NCBI GenBank assembly: GCA_010093815.1
Contig: ML996568.1
Length of the DNA stretch: 55,866 nucleotides
DNA from: Pseudovirgaria hyperparasitica
Taxonomy: Eukaryota
Reading direction: 5' to 3' (one strand)
Shown here: piece by piece, positions 12,603 to 26,432 of the stretch
Layout: each line of letters begins with the position of its first letter
Position numbering within the stretch: the first letter of the stretch is position 1
Program-made: the position numbers and the translations under genes
The notes under the pieces: model-generated
Told to the model about the DNA's origin: nothing
Database searches by the model: none
What the model saw: the letters and a program-made list of their open reading frames with translations, nothing else

Positions 12603-15600
12603 AGGAACAGATATTAACATTACTAAAGGATGTTGTTGGGTAATAACTCGCATTCGAGGTGATGTTCGAAGGTGTCGGATAGTACGCCTTTGGCGGAATT
12701 CCTTGGAATACCAAGCCATAGGGCTGAGGCTGAGGTCAGCATCCATCGTAACCGGATGAATTGGCAACCTTAGCAAAAATTACACTAGATCATTTTCTCC
12801 AAATATATTTAGAGATCTACACACGTGTCACCACTTGGGCAGCCACCTGCGCATCATTGCCGCTCTAGACATTTAGGCCTAAGTCGAACGAATTCAACAT
12901 CACATTTTCCAGAACCTCTTTGGGGATGACTATCAATTACAAATGGAAGATGCGATCAAAATCTGTATGGAAGGCAAGGAATATTTCAAATTGGTAGTAC
13001 TGCTCCAGTCTTGCCACTCGATGGAAGGCTTCGACCTTACTGGCATGGCTGCTTGCTGAGCTTTTTGGATTGCAAACGACCAGGTTTATTAGAGGACGTT
13101 GTGAGCCAATTATAGTACGCTCTAGATACAGTCCATAACCACGTCTCGAACGGTATGCTGACAGTCTTTCAATGCTCGATTCGCCACTGGAGTCAATCTG
13201 CTTGTTCTATACTGAGCGGAATCTTGGCCTTAAGTGACCTGGATAGTTTGAAGGCGCTTGTGCGCCAGGGCTGTTTTTGCGGCCATTTTTCATAGTTTTC
13301 TCCCGTCCTCTCGTAAGAGCACGAAATTCCACTACCTACCAACAGTTCAATTCCGTGGCGGTCCGGCTAAGTCACGATCATGGTCAGTATCATAGCGTAG
13401 AACGTAGAAGGACTATCAGTATTGGTAGTTGGGTGGTCCAATGCCTTCGAGAGATCGAGTCAACCCGTATTATGCAAAAGAAGAAAGATGAGCTATTGAA
13501 CTGAAGATTAAAGCACTAGAAAGGGTTCGAAATTCAGGGACCTTTCTGTTTCATAAGCGCAGGCTTTATTAACACGTCATATCTCTCTAAACTATGCAAG
13601 GGATCTATCTAATGATGTCTTCAATGCGAACCACAGGCATAACGTTAGCTCATATTTACAGGAACCGGGTTTTCTAGTCTCGCAAGAGACGGGGTTTGTT
13701 TCCTACTTCGTTAGATTTGGCTCTGATAACTCTATCAAAGAATGATGGTCAAGTATTTGTTTCACTCTTTCCCAAAGCCTCGCATGGTGATATAATGCAC
13801 CTGTTTCGTGATCATGAAGCGTGTTTCCCGTACTTGATTGTCGTAGAGACATCGTAGCCATAATGGTATTAAACTTGTTATGTATACTCAGAACTATATA
13901 CCAATTTGTAGAGCCATGTGTAACCTTCCAAAATCTCGAGACAATCGCATGTAGATTTCAGTCGGTGTTTTACCAGATTCTGCACCCTCGTAGGGATCTT
14001 ACAGTGTTGTGACTGTACGGACTTGGGAACCCCCTGGGCAAGGCCAAGCAAAAACTGCTCGAAACTTCAAGAACACAAATGACTAAAGTCGTTGAACATA
14101 GAATTAAACATTCTTCACTTCATGAATTCGTGAAGCATACAAGGGTTATCAAGACTGATGCCTAGACTAGATGTGGTTTTCATAGATGATGATGATCAGG
14201 CGATAGCCACGAACGAAACGTAACGCTCAAAGCGTGCGATACTGTGGTTGGTCCTGTAAGAATACTGAATCCATTTTGCCAGTCATAATTTCCCTGGTAA
14301 TCCAAAAGGTGTCAGTAGGATTTGAGACCTGTCTTCTCTTTCTCACGCGGTGATTGGGCCTAACTCATCATGTTGCATTAGGGCAGTGCTTCAGTCCGAC
14401 CAGCCCACCTAAACTGGTACCCGTGCTCTCGGATCTTGTATCCTATAGCTGATTCTTAGCTCTCACCCATGAATAACACCATTCCAACATTTATAAACGG
14501 CGCAATGAATTCTAGCGACCAACATCTCTGCCGTCGGTCTAGTTTAATTACCCGTAGGTATGGATTTCCCTTACCCCCTAATCTGTGACAGCAACGATGT
14601 TTTCCCCAGAATAGGATGGATTGAGTACGATGGAGAAGATATTGCATATTTGTGTTATTCGTCGACAGAGTGCACATATAAAGCTACGATAGTACAGCAA
14701 AGAAGGAAAGTCTAGACCAGTAAAGTGACGAATAAGACCCAGAGCCTGTTAGCTTGATGTGCTCTTTTGGGATGTCTTCTGATCGCTGATAATTCGAAGA
14801 TTAGTGATCTTCTGTTGCTTGCATTGCTCGACATTTACAGGGCTATTACAATACTCTGTGCCAATTTTTAGGTCTCTTATTTGAGCTAGCCGCTATTTGT
14901 GATGGAGAGATTTCGAGTTACTTGCACGAAGATGCTGAGAAGCTATGCTAGTCAATCAATGAACAACTTTTTCAAATCTCAGAAATGAAAAGCTCTATTG
15001 GACTACTGCACAGCCATTCGTAGCTCCTAATAGGTTATTTGAAGGGAACATTAGATTGCCACTGAGACTATACTGTCTCCTTAGACCATCTCTCATTGCT
15101 ATATCAGTCTCTAAGATCAGCTATCTCAAACTGTTAGCTCGATAAGACACATCGTACTTGTCAGTCATATACTTTACTCCAAACCATCAAAGGTCATGTC
15201 ATGTTGTCGTCCATAAAGAGCAAGTTTCGCCCAAGGTATCCTACGTTATGTCTTCTCCAGTTCCCTGACGTGTGACTGGTGCCAACAGTACCGAGACCAA
15301 CGTCGTCATCACCACAAGACCCTTCTGTATTTTTGTCAGCGAAACACCTATAACTGTCTCTTTTCTAAGCTTCTCTTTCAATCTGGTACAACATTAATCG
15401 CTGGTGGAAGTTTTCCGGATCGCTCAACTTTTCTCAATCAAGTTTAGACCTTATCGAGGCCTTGTTCGAAGATATATCCAAGTGATCCACCTCTTCCGGT
15501 TATTCGGCTCTAGTAAATGCAGACCACTTATATGGAGGAGAGAATAAGATGGCTACGGTTCTTGTCATATACAGCCAACGTCTAAAGAGAATGGTCCACT

Positions 15601-16354
15601 GGCAGATATCTCAATGGTCCTAGGTTGAAAGCTCCTGGCTTGCCTACTATCGTTTGACACACCGGATCATGACTCAAAGCTCTGGATTGATGAGCCTGAA
15701 CAATTGCTTAGATCTCGCTCTGGTGGCTTCCCGTGTGTTTTTCCTTATACGCAGTAAGCATGAAATGGAGAAGTTCCAGATAGTCGAAATTCTGAAGCGT
15801 TTCGAAGTTGAACATTATGGATAAGAAGTGAGATAGCAACACTAATGGATGGTGTTAGCTTGGATGAATGAGAGCCCGAACATCAACTACCTGAGAAGAA
15901 CTTCGTAGCTTCAACGATGAAATGATGTAGCCATCTATCTTGCTCTGTTTCGGCTAGTCAGTGAGTCTGGTAACTGTATGGGAGTTTCCCTCTGTCTATG
16001 ACAAGATGCTTTCTCGAAATGCGAATAAAGAAAGTTCTCCAGGGAATGTTCCAACTTCATATAGCTATTAGAGCAATGGGTTCCCTGTTCGAGGTCTCTT
16101 TATTTATCTTATGCTGGTATGATGTAACCTCGATCTCTTTTCTCAATCTCATTGTCGTGTTCAATGGTTGAGCCACTTGCGTCTAAAAGGGGGGTGCCTG
16201 CCTTGTACACTCTTTGTCACGTTGTTATCATCCGCCGATCTGCCGGATAAATTTGATAGCTCTCTAAGCAGCTCAACGCATCAGTGTCATTTTCCTACTC
16301 GTCACAAACCAGCTTTTCACTCTTGTCACCCTTTCACTTCGAGGAACTTTCGAC

Positions 16355-17513
16355 ATGGCAGGAAACAACTTAATAGATCTTAGCTATGAGGAGCCGCACC
16401 GTCTGGAGGATCTTAGGAGAGTATGCAATGACTAATATAATCCTGGTACCAACCACCAACTGACACTTTTGAAGGTAGTCTTTCGTGACGACGCTCAGAG
16501 AACACTTATAGGAGACGATGATAGGTATGCATTTTCACAAACCTTGTCACTACATAACTTGCTCTAATCACTGAAATGGGATAGGTCCACTGCGGGTATG
16601 AATCTTTCTATTTATAAAAAGTTGAGCTAAATAGAGGGAAGGTTCTGTCTATAGTCACCTTAATCAGCGTGGCCAGCGAGACAGCACACCTGGCTCGGCA
16701 ACCGGCTCGAACTTCACTGCTAATACCGGGACTGTCTTCCAGACCGTCAAATTTGCGATCGACGAGGTGACTCCGATCGAGAACCTCTTTCACAATCTTA
16801 GATGTGAACTCACCAAACGCGATGATAAGATAAAAAGCCGCGAAGCTGAGCTAGAGAAAGTCAAAGCTGAGCTTGCCGAGTCTCAGAAAGTTGCCTTGAA
16901 GCTCAAACTCGTTGCTAACGAGGAGGCGATCTCTGAGAACGTAGCGAAGGAAGAGAAACTAGCAAAGATGGAGGCACTTGTCAGACAGATGGAGCGAGCC
17001 CTCGATGAGAAAGATCGAGCCCTCAAGTGTGCGCACTCCAAGCAGCTCGAAGCAGAAGATGAACTCGAAGTGGTCAACCAGGATCTCGTTGCCCATTCTC
17101 GTCAGAATAACTTTTTGTCGACTGAACTTGAGCGCTCTTCCCGAGCTCTTCAGAGCGCCTCAGCCCAGACTCTAGAAAGCCAGCGTGACATAGCATCATA
17201 CGAAGCTGCTATCGTAAAGTATAAGCAGAAGCAGATGGAACTGGAAGTCAAGATCCAGTTCTACGCGATGATGTTTTCCGGTTCCGCTAACGGCATCTCA
17301 ATAATAAGTCAGCTTGAGGAGTCATACCGCCAACGGATTGAGCTGGAGAATAAGTTACAGCAGACAGAGCAGAATTTAAAGTTCTGTGTGGCCAAGCTAG
17401 ACTTACTTATCTGCTCGATCAGTGCCCCAAGCAAGAGTTTGGGAACCAGGGAAGACTATCAGAAGCTTGGCAAAGAGGGGATGGCGTATGTGATGAGACC
17501 TTTGAAGCACTAA
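16355..17513 (+). CDS. Hypothetical coiled-coil protein (orphan-like)
   Basis: The 248-aa E/K/L/Q-rich heptad ORF 16767-17513 can be extended through three small GT..AG introns to ATG 16355 (MAGNNLIDLSYEEPHRLEDLRR). Confidence 0.6.
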
Positions 17514-19969
17514 GATGAAATCCGGCTTGTACTTCTGGGGAGTTGCGATACTACGACCGTTGATTTGGATTACAAAAGTAGTCCTAATCAGTTCACACCT
17601 GTGAAAAATACTGAGGTGGAAGAAATCATAGTGGCGTTGTTAGCGTATATTGGCCAACCTGTCAATGTATCGAAAAGTCGATACATCCATGTCAATATCG
17701 AATCCCACAGTGATATTGCTGAATTAACTAGACCGTTCACAGAAAATCCTTTCACACTCCATTGAAAAGAATGGATGGCGGTAGTAGTCGAGCTCTAAGA
17801 GCATCATAATCGGACGTAGTGCCTACACGAGCCTGGTTATATCCTGACTCAGAGGTAGGTTCAGGTTACTGCTGTCTCACAAAATCTGTATACTATGGTA
17901 TAGTCAGTTTGCCTACCAGCGGGTGAATCGCGATCTCTCCTATCACCTTCATCGTCAACGAATCCAGCTTGCTTAAAATGAGAGCTGATTAGTGAAGCTT
18001 AAGCTCACTTTAAGCCGAAGTCTCGGCTCGAACATAGCTGAACTGGACCAGGTAAGTCCTGGAAGCTCCCTAAAGGTATGGCTGGTAGACCAGTGGGAGT
18101 TGAAGTGGTTCTCGAGCTCGTTACTAATCACTTGGAAAGCACAGTTCTTCTTTTGAATCCTCGCATGAAGCATGGAGGCTCAGCTTACGCAATGAGTCTG
18201 AAGCTATCAATTTGGAGCCATATAATTGATTGAGTTCCTCAAACTCACTGGTAATGTGACGCATTACATGGCCGTCAAACGCTAGATAATCGCAGTAGTC
18301 AAGACCTGACTTGGCAACAGCTTCGGACTATGTCCAGTGTTACAATGGAGTATGTATTCACTGTGGGACAATACTTCTTCTGGTGCCATTATTACAGTAT
18401 ATCATGTCGCCGAGGAACTCCATCCGAAGGATCTACACTCCACAAAATTTCACCTCATCAAGCTATCGTTTCTAAGTTACTACAAGAATTCAAGGTAGAG
18501 CCAGATGGTTACATTGGATCTGATTTCGATGTCTACGACGTGTTAGGAACGTGATAGGGTTTTTTATTTGTATCGCGCCTTGAATATAGCATAGTGTCAA
18601 GGGTGTGTTCTCGCTTATCCATATGCTATACTACATTTTGACATTGTGTGATAGAATTTTTCTTTAATGATGCATCCGCCATAAGTCTTTACACAAAGTT
18701 ATAGGAGCTAGAGCAGGTTTGCGTAGCTTGTATTCTTGTGGGCACGCTGTCAAGTGACTGTTGTGAATTTATAGCCAAAAGGGGAGATATATCGGATGGA
18801 AGGTATAGTCATATCTCAATATTTACCTATATCGCGTTCTGACATGCTAGAACATGAAGTATATAAAAGACATCCAGAATCCTAAGTGTCTCTTGAGGGA
18901 AAATGCAAAGAGAATGAAGATTGAGAAGCATTGGATGATATGCAGTATATAATGACTCATTGTTCCATCACACTACTTGTGGGATTTGTGTGAAACTGCG
19001 GACAAGAATTGCACAACATACCCCTATACTGCTGACACGCACGTTCGAAGATCAGATTGACAGTAAATTTGAGTAATGCTGCGAATGATTTGCCCCGTAT
19101 GAGGTCCGTTGTGCGGCATGTTCATAATCTTCCGCGAAACATCTGTTTAAAGTCTCAGTGGGCATTCACGCATGACCGGGCAAGCAAGAGATGTCGACAG
19201 ACACAGTACTGAAGTCTGAGTGGGAGTGCCTTATACTCACTGTCGACAATGAGAGTGCAATCATCACAGGGATCGTTGGTGACAGTGTTCACACCACAAC
19301 TTCGAGAGTTAAAGTCAAAGTGCTCTACAATGACTGGGTTGGTAATCGCAATCTAGGAATGAAGATTCTGTCGTTGAGCCTCAAAAGTGATGTAGTTAGC
19401 TGGGAGAGATTTAGGAGATCCTTGAGCTAACAGATAAAGGGCACTACCAGCACACTGCTACTCTTTATTCATATTACAACAAGCTCTCATTAGTCTCACA
19501 CCTAATTAACAGTCTGATGCACCATAATGCATGTCGACTTAAACAAATAAATCGCGCTACGCATGATATTGGTTAGGTTTGTAAAACTGTCTGATAGAAG
19601 CAAAGCGAACAGACTCGCGGTACCTTCCTGAGTATCGTCAAGGAGGGTTTAATTATAGCTAATTAGAACGGCTATAGTAGAATTTATCGTGAGATATAGA
19701 CATGCAAAATTGTAGGATTGCAGGCTGCCAGTCCCCCTGGAAGAGCGGACTCCTCACCCACAGCCATGCTGTAATCTGTAATCTCCTTTTTCAATTGTTC
19801 TGCATTTCTGAGTGAATCGATAAAATATTGCTTGAATGGCTCACAAGATCCCATTTTCCTTGCCATGTATATTGAGTTTCCGATTTACAGCATCTGTAAG
19901 TGATATGTCTTGTGACCTTTTCAGTACCTGGCGTTCCCGCATTCATTTGTGAGCATCCAGATTGAGCTC

Positions 19970-20955
19970 TTAAACTCTAAGTTTCGTGGCGTTTCAGCGT
20001 AAGGTCTCTAGGTAAGGCCACTCAGCCCCAATAAGGCGATCAATCCTCCAGACACTCTTAAAGTCTTTCGACTACCGATATATGTCGTCATAACAGTCTT
20101 CATGTTGCTCATCTGACTCTGGATACTGCATTGTGTCGGCCAGCTCAGCCTCGACATTGTTAACTGACACACTGATCTCTTCCCCTTCGGATGGCAGTGG
20201 CAACAGCTTAAGCCTTCGCAACGGCTCTGTAATCATGCTAATGCGATGACCATAACAGCGTGATTCCTCCACGACGCATTGCATAGCGGTATCGTTCTCT
20301 ATACCTTGCATGGCTATGTGGAATATGCTGAGGATTCTGTCAATAGCCTTGCCCCTGACGCTCATGATAACATCTTGTACCAATTAGTACATGTACGTAG
20401 GTGTGCCATTTGTATCGTCGACCTACCACCAATGCCTGCTGGGGTTGACAGCTCCCGGATGCAGCGTTCAGTAATTCCTCGCTCATCATCCTGCTTATTA
20501 GTGGCTTTGACTAGATCTATGAAGCAATCTTTGAACATTTTCTCCTCGCCAAAGACCCAAGCGATCGAAGGGGAATTTACTGTGATTTCATCGCAGAAGT
20601 ATTCCAGCCAACGGCACGAAAAGGCTTTTATAAGATGATACAGATCGTGTGTCTCCACCAGATTTGCCATCTGAGCCAAAATAACGTGACTCAGTCCGGA
20701 ATCCAAGATCTTGTCGAATTGGAGATGAGCGATTCGGAGAACGATTTCCATTGCATCAGGACCATCGTGGGGGAATTCTACAGTGTCCAATGAGCTTTCA
20801 CTGAGCTTTCCCATAAGCATCTTGCTCCACACAGGGCAAGCAAGACACATGGTATGGCGAGACACTTAGAATCGGCTCGGAATGCCGGCAGCAAGCTTCG
20901 CACCGACCATAATCGTCAAGTCCCCAGTCAAGTCAATTATTGTGAGTGTCGCCAT
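19970..20955 (-). pseudogene. BTB/POZ-domain protein pseudogene
   Basis: MATLTIIDLTGDLTIMVG...RF*VSRHTMCLACPVWSKML...VEFPHDGPDAMEIVLRIAH follows the fungal BTB pattern. In-frame TAA at 20866-20868, intron 20426-20374, and further stops at 20072-20074 and 19994-19996. Confidence 0.75.
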
Positions 20956-21986
20956 GCTGGGTTCCAGAGGTAGAGATTGAAGTGAGCGACTTTGTCCGCT
21001 TTGGTGACGAGCATATGATAATTGTAACCACCGTTTTGACTTGTTCCTGAATAGCTCACAAGCAAAGGTGGAATATAGCATCTGGAAGACTTTGACGGTG
21101 AAGGAAAAATACGATCTCAACACCTGAGCCGGAGTTGTGTCGGCGACGCAGGAAGTATAAGTCTGGTAGTGTATTACCTAGATGAGATCACTTAGACCTC
21201 GCATTTGTTTGTACATTTGTGAAGCAAGGCTTGGAAGGCGATTCACTTGTGGCCATCCACGTGCCTAAGAGCATATAATGGGCAGCCGACAGCTTGTCCC
21301 GTGAACTGTTGACAACTCGGATATTTGAAATTTTTGAAAATTAAGTATTAACGCGGGACCAAGAGGAAACCAGCGTGAGGGAGCATAGAATCCCGTTGGA
21401 GCAAATGAATGCCTTTCTAGGACTATGTTGTGAATTATCTGCCGACTCATTTCGCGGTCATCAAGTTCCAGGACCATGGCAAGATAAAAAGCGCATGGTC
21501 ATTTGGAGATTGGGATGCAGCATTAGCGCCTGGTTTTGCGTAGTTTTGTGTGAATGACGTGCACCACGAAGCTAGACGGTGTTTGTAGAACTCTTTCCTT
21601 TGTTGATTGATTCGAGCCAATCATCACCTGTGTACATCCTTGCGTGAGCAGCTTATTAGTATCAATAGGTTCAATCGGAAATGAAAAGATGGATGCAGCA
21701 ATGCAATCGTGTAGTAGGGTTGTGCTCGAGAGGATGTCGTAAATGATTGACGAGGTGAACGTGGATCTCGAGATCGGAGGTTCAAGCCGAATCATGTGAC
21801 TTATCTCAACCACCATCCATCATCAAGCTAAGCTAAGCTTGTCCCTGCTCAACCGCAGCGTAGCTATAAGCACACCTGAGGGCGACGACAACTCTTCCGA
21901 CGACCAGCACACACTCGATAGCCCTTAACTTCCCATATACCCTCCCTAGTCCTCGCTGCAGCAACTGTAGCATCAAACCGCCCGCC

Positions 21987-23888
21987 ATGCCGGCCGAAAC
22001 AATCGATCCTAGGATGATGAAGGTCAATCCTAGGATACGTTACAACACTGTCGGGGGTGTCAACGGACCATTGGTCATTCTGGAGAACGTACGAGCCCCA
22101 GGAAGACTGTAAAGAGCCCTTAGTAAGATACTGATTTGTGATCGATCAGGTCAAATTCCCCCAATACAATGAGATCGTTACTTTGACACTTCCGGATGGC
22201 ACAGAGAGAGCGGGACAGGTTTTGGAGGCTAGAGGTACACATTTTCAACCCCCCTCCCCTTTATTCAATCGCTAATGGATGTCGTCTGCAGGTGATAAGG
22301 CTGTTGTACAGGTACACACCATCATACACCGAATCAGCCGGCCAGCTTCTCACCCAATGAATAGGTTTTCGAAGGCACATCAGGCATCGATGTGAAGAAG
22401 GTTTGTGCTTGCATATCATACGAAGAAGTCTGTTGACATTTGTAGACAAAAGTCGAGTTTAGTGGACACAGTCTAAAGCTTGGTGTCTCGGAAGACATGC
22501 TTGGTCGAATATTCGACGGCTCCGGCCGTGCAATCGACAAGGGACCCAAGGTACTGGCAGAGGACTATTTGGATATTAATGGCAGCCCTATCAACCCATA
22601 TTCGCGTGTGAGTAAAGCAATGAGATGTAAATGGTTAGGGTCAGAGCTTGACAACCATACAGGTGTACCCCGAAGAAATGATCTCGACCGGCATCTCCGC
22701 TATTGATACGATGAACTCCATTGCCCGTGGGCAGAAGATTCCTATCTTCTCCGCCGCCGGTCTTCCTCACAACGAAATTGCCGCTCAGATTTGCAGACAA
22801 GCGGGTCTCGTCTCCAAGAGTGTACATGATGGGCATGACGACAATTTCTCCATTGTCTTTGGTGCTATGGGTGTCAACCTGGAAACCAGTCGATTCTTCA
22901 CGAAAGACTTCGAAGAGAATGGCAGCATGGAGCGCACCACGCTCTTCCTCAACCTGGCAAACGATCCGACGTAAGCGCTGAATTTCAGTCTTTGTGTGCT
23001 GCAGCTAATAGTGCTCATAGAATTGAACGTATCATCACACCTCGTCTCGCTCTTACCACCGCCGAATACTATGCCTACCAACTAGAAAAGCACGTTTTGG
23101 TCATTCTTACCGACTTATCATCATACTGTGACGCTCTCCGTGAGGTGTCCGCTGCCCGTGAAGAAGTGCCGGGACGAAGAGGTTTCCCAGGTTACATGTA
23201 CACGGATTTGTCGACCATATACGAACGTGCTGGCCGTGTCGAAGGCCGTAATGGATCTATCACCCAGATTCCCATTTTGACCATGCCTAACGACGGTAAG
23301 TACATCTATGTCTCTGATCTTGGCACCCAGACTGATCTGCTCATAGACATTACCCATCCTATTCCTGACCTGACGGGCTACATCACGGAGGGCCAAATCT
23401 TTGTGGACCGCCAACTCGATAACAAGGGTATCTACCCACCCATCAACGTCCTTCCTTCTCTCTCGCGGCTCATGAAGTCTGCCATCGGCAAGGGACGTAC
23501 GCGTGACGATCACGGTGACGTATCAAATCAGCTGTACGCCAAATACGCCATCGGCCGAGATGCAGCAGCCATGAAGGCTGTCGTCGGAGAGGAAGCTTTA
23601 TCCAACGAGGATAAGTTGTCGCTCGAGTTCCTCGAGAAATTCGAGCGCACATTCATTCAACAATCAGCTTACGAGTCACGCTCCATCACCGAGTCTCTCG
23701 ATCTTGCATGGTCGCTCCTGCGCATTTATCCGAAGGAGCTACTCAATCGTATTCCGGCCAAGGTCCTGGATCAATACTACCAGAGGACCAGTGATAGGAA
23801 GAGCAAGCGCGGAAACAAGGATACGAAGGACAGTGCGGGCAAGGACGGGCCGGAGCAGGAGCAGAGTGAGAACCTGGTGGATGTTTAG
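21987..23888 (+). CDS. VMA2: Vacuolar H+-ATPase subunit B
   Basis: Eight exons. [71 protein letters not shown] and [15 protein letters not shown]. Confidence 0.98.
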
Positions 23889-23913
23889 AGAGCATTGATG
23901 GGAAGGAACAGGA

Positions 23914-23936
23914 AGACGGAGACGGAGACGGAGACG
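23914..23936. repeat. (AGACGG)n microsatellite in the VMA2 3' region
   Basis: About 4 tandem hexamers visible. Confidence 0.8.
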
Positions 23937-25023
23937 ACGTAGGAGAAGTAGAAGGAGAAGTTGCATGTAGTCAGGGTCCAGGAACACACGAAACGAGCGC
24001 ACATCATACTTGGTAGAGAAATGCAGTGCCTTGCGCGGATAGACAAATGGCCTGGAGGAATTATGTATACTTTCGACACGTGAGCGAATCATAAATTTTG
24101 ACTGCCACGACTATTATCTCCACTCTAGCAACGTCATCTGAACGACTGATCCAGCACACAGAAAATAGGCCACCCGTTCGTCGTCCTAGCCAGTAAAATT
24201 ATATGCTCTCACTATTGTTTCATATAATGTTCAGTCATCGGCATTTCCCACTAGTCCATTGGCCCCAATGATTAGCCGCCGAAGTACTCCGGCCCAAGCT
24301 GAGAGGCCAGCATAGGGGAATCCGGGGTAAGATGCAATTATCACATGCCAAAGCCAGCGCACGCACCGGGTCATTAATCCGAGGCCGTGGAGAACCGTCC
24401 AAGGCCAGGGTCTGAAGTGTGCGGCCGTAAGGCGATTTTGGATGATGGTGCATACCAATTGCTGATCCCGATGACAGCGGTGTCGTGAGTAAGTAAGGTA
24501 CTACGCAACGTCATTTACGTGCCGGGAGCCTTTCAGATTAAAACACCTGACTGTGTTGTTGCAGGCAGCGATCCCAAGAGAGAGAGAGAGAGGATCGGGA
24601 CGATTACGGCACGAAATTGTGCTCACTGCGATTCATGTGCTTGATCGCAGCCGTGTTCCGAGGGAGCCTTGGCACATCATGCAGATGAGATTCCGGAATC
24701 ACGTACATCGACTCTATACATTTGTCCCCTCCCGACGAGCCTTGACAGTGACGTATGCAATTTTTTCACTTCAGAAATTGTCGTGTCGCTGTTTGAATTG
24801 CATACCCAGCGATTTGTGACGTAGTCGTAGACTCGGCGTTACGAGGCAGTTAATCGCGTACAGGAAGTGCAGAATAATATCTGCTTTGATCGTGTATGGA
24901 GAATTGGTGGCCAAATAGCCGATTCTCCATTGCGTTCATAGTTCGTACACCTGTCGCCATGCCGGGTATAGTACACATTGAGGTTCGATTGGGAAATCTC
25001 GTCAGACCGTATCGCATGTATGG

Positions 25024-26432
25024 TCATGGTGGCCCTAAATTTGAACTTGGGCTCGGCCTCGTAAAGTCTGCGCTGGGATATGGACCAGCGCGCGCGATTT
25101 CTGTGCCGAGCATGTCTTCTAGCTCATTATTTCCTTCGATAATATCGTGGAGAAATTGGTAAGTTTCACGGATGGCTATTGCTTTGCTGGCCGTTGTATT
25201 GATCAATGCCGGGACAACATTGCGAACCAAGGTCAGATCATCAGTGATGACGGTTCGCCGACGCTGTTCAGACTTGTTATGATTCTGGCGTCGTTGCTCC
25301 TCTGTCAAGTTTCGGCGTGATGATGCTGAGATTCCCGCTGAAGACTTGCGCCGATTTTGGGGTTGGTTCATACCGTCCCCCATATCGTCCCTTTCATCGT
25401 CTGACGTAGAGGTGTCTTGGGATGATGAGCCTATTCGTCGACGCTTCGGCTGACTGATATCTTGCATCGCAGACTGCTCCGAGTCAACACTCTCTCCGCG
25501 TGTCGAAATGCTTTGTATAGCTGATGGGCGTCGTAGGTTAGGACTCGTTACGGGAGTAGTCTCTTCGCTGGCTGCGGCTGTGACGAGAGCAAACCTAGTG
25601 AGCCGATCACGCTTATCGACAGCATCGGCAAAACTTGGAGATTCAGTAGGTCGTGTGAATCGTTCCGAGAAAGCGGGGTCGGAACCGAAATGTGGGAATC
25701 TTAGAAGGGAAGAGACTTTTGACGGGGCGCCCTGCTGTCGTCTGTTTACGTCTGGGTATGGGAGAAAGAAGTTGTCTTGGGTTGGCCCGACATGTGTCGG
25801 ACTTGCAGGCTCATTGAATGATTTGACAGAAGAGACATTAGGTTGCGATGACTGCAGTGGCACTTGTGTGTTGATGGAGGTGTCTATAGGGCTCATGACT
25901 GGCGCGGCTGGGTTTCTCGGGGCGGATACAGCTCCGGGCATCATGTTCAGACCTGCAAAGGAATTTGTGACTTCTCCAGTCGGGGTGTAAGGATTGGCTG
26001 GATCGAAGCCCACAAACTCGTATGCAGGGTTGTGCATGCCCATATACGGAGCATTCATTGAAGACAGGTGTGTCGTGGGTTCAAAGTAGACAGCGTCGAC
26101 TCCATGGACGGTAGGAGGTGTGAATGTAAATTGATGAGTGCTGGGATCATGAGAGGCTAGATTGGCGAAGGGATTTGACGACTCCGGGCCGATTCCTGCG
26201 TAGGGATCTGCGGCAAAGAGATCGTTAAGAGATGCAATCTCGTTTTGGAATTCTCGCTCTTGAGCAGCAGCATCATGGATATTCGCGCCACCGTCGGGTA
26301 CAATCATGTCTGGCAGAACTTATGGTTAGCTTGAGATGTTTAAAAAGTCGGGGTTGTGAACATACAGCCGAAGGCAAAAGGCTTCTCATCTCGGGGTGAA
26401 AGATGCGTCTGAGTTTGAGGATTCGAAGTCAT
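25024..26432 (-). CDS. bHLH transcription factor, INO2/INO4-like
   Basis: First exon MTSNPQTQTHLSPRDEKPFAFG with an intron joined to the 427-aa ORF. C-terminal NLTEEQRRQNHNKSEQRRR...VVPAL....SKAIAI...YQFLHDIIEGNNEL retains the H/E/R basic-region residues. NLS-like PKRRR. Confidence 0.8.
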
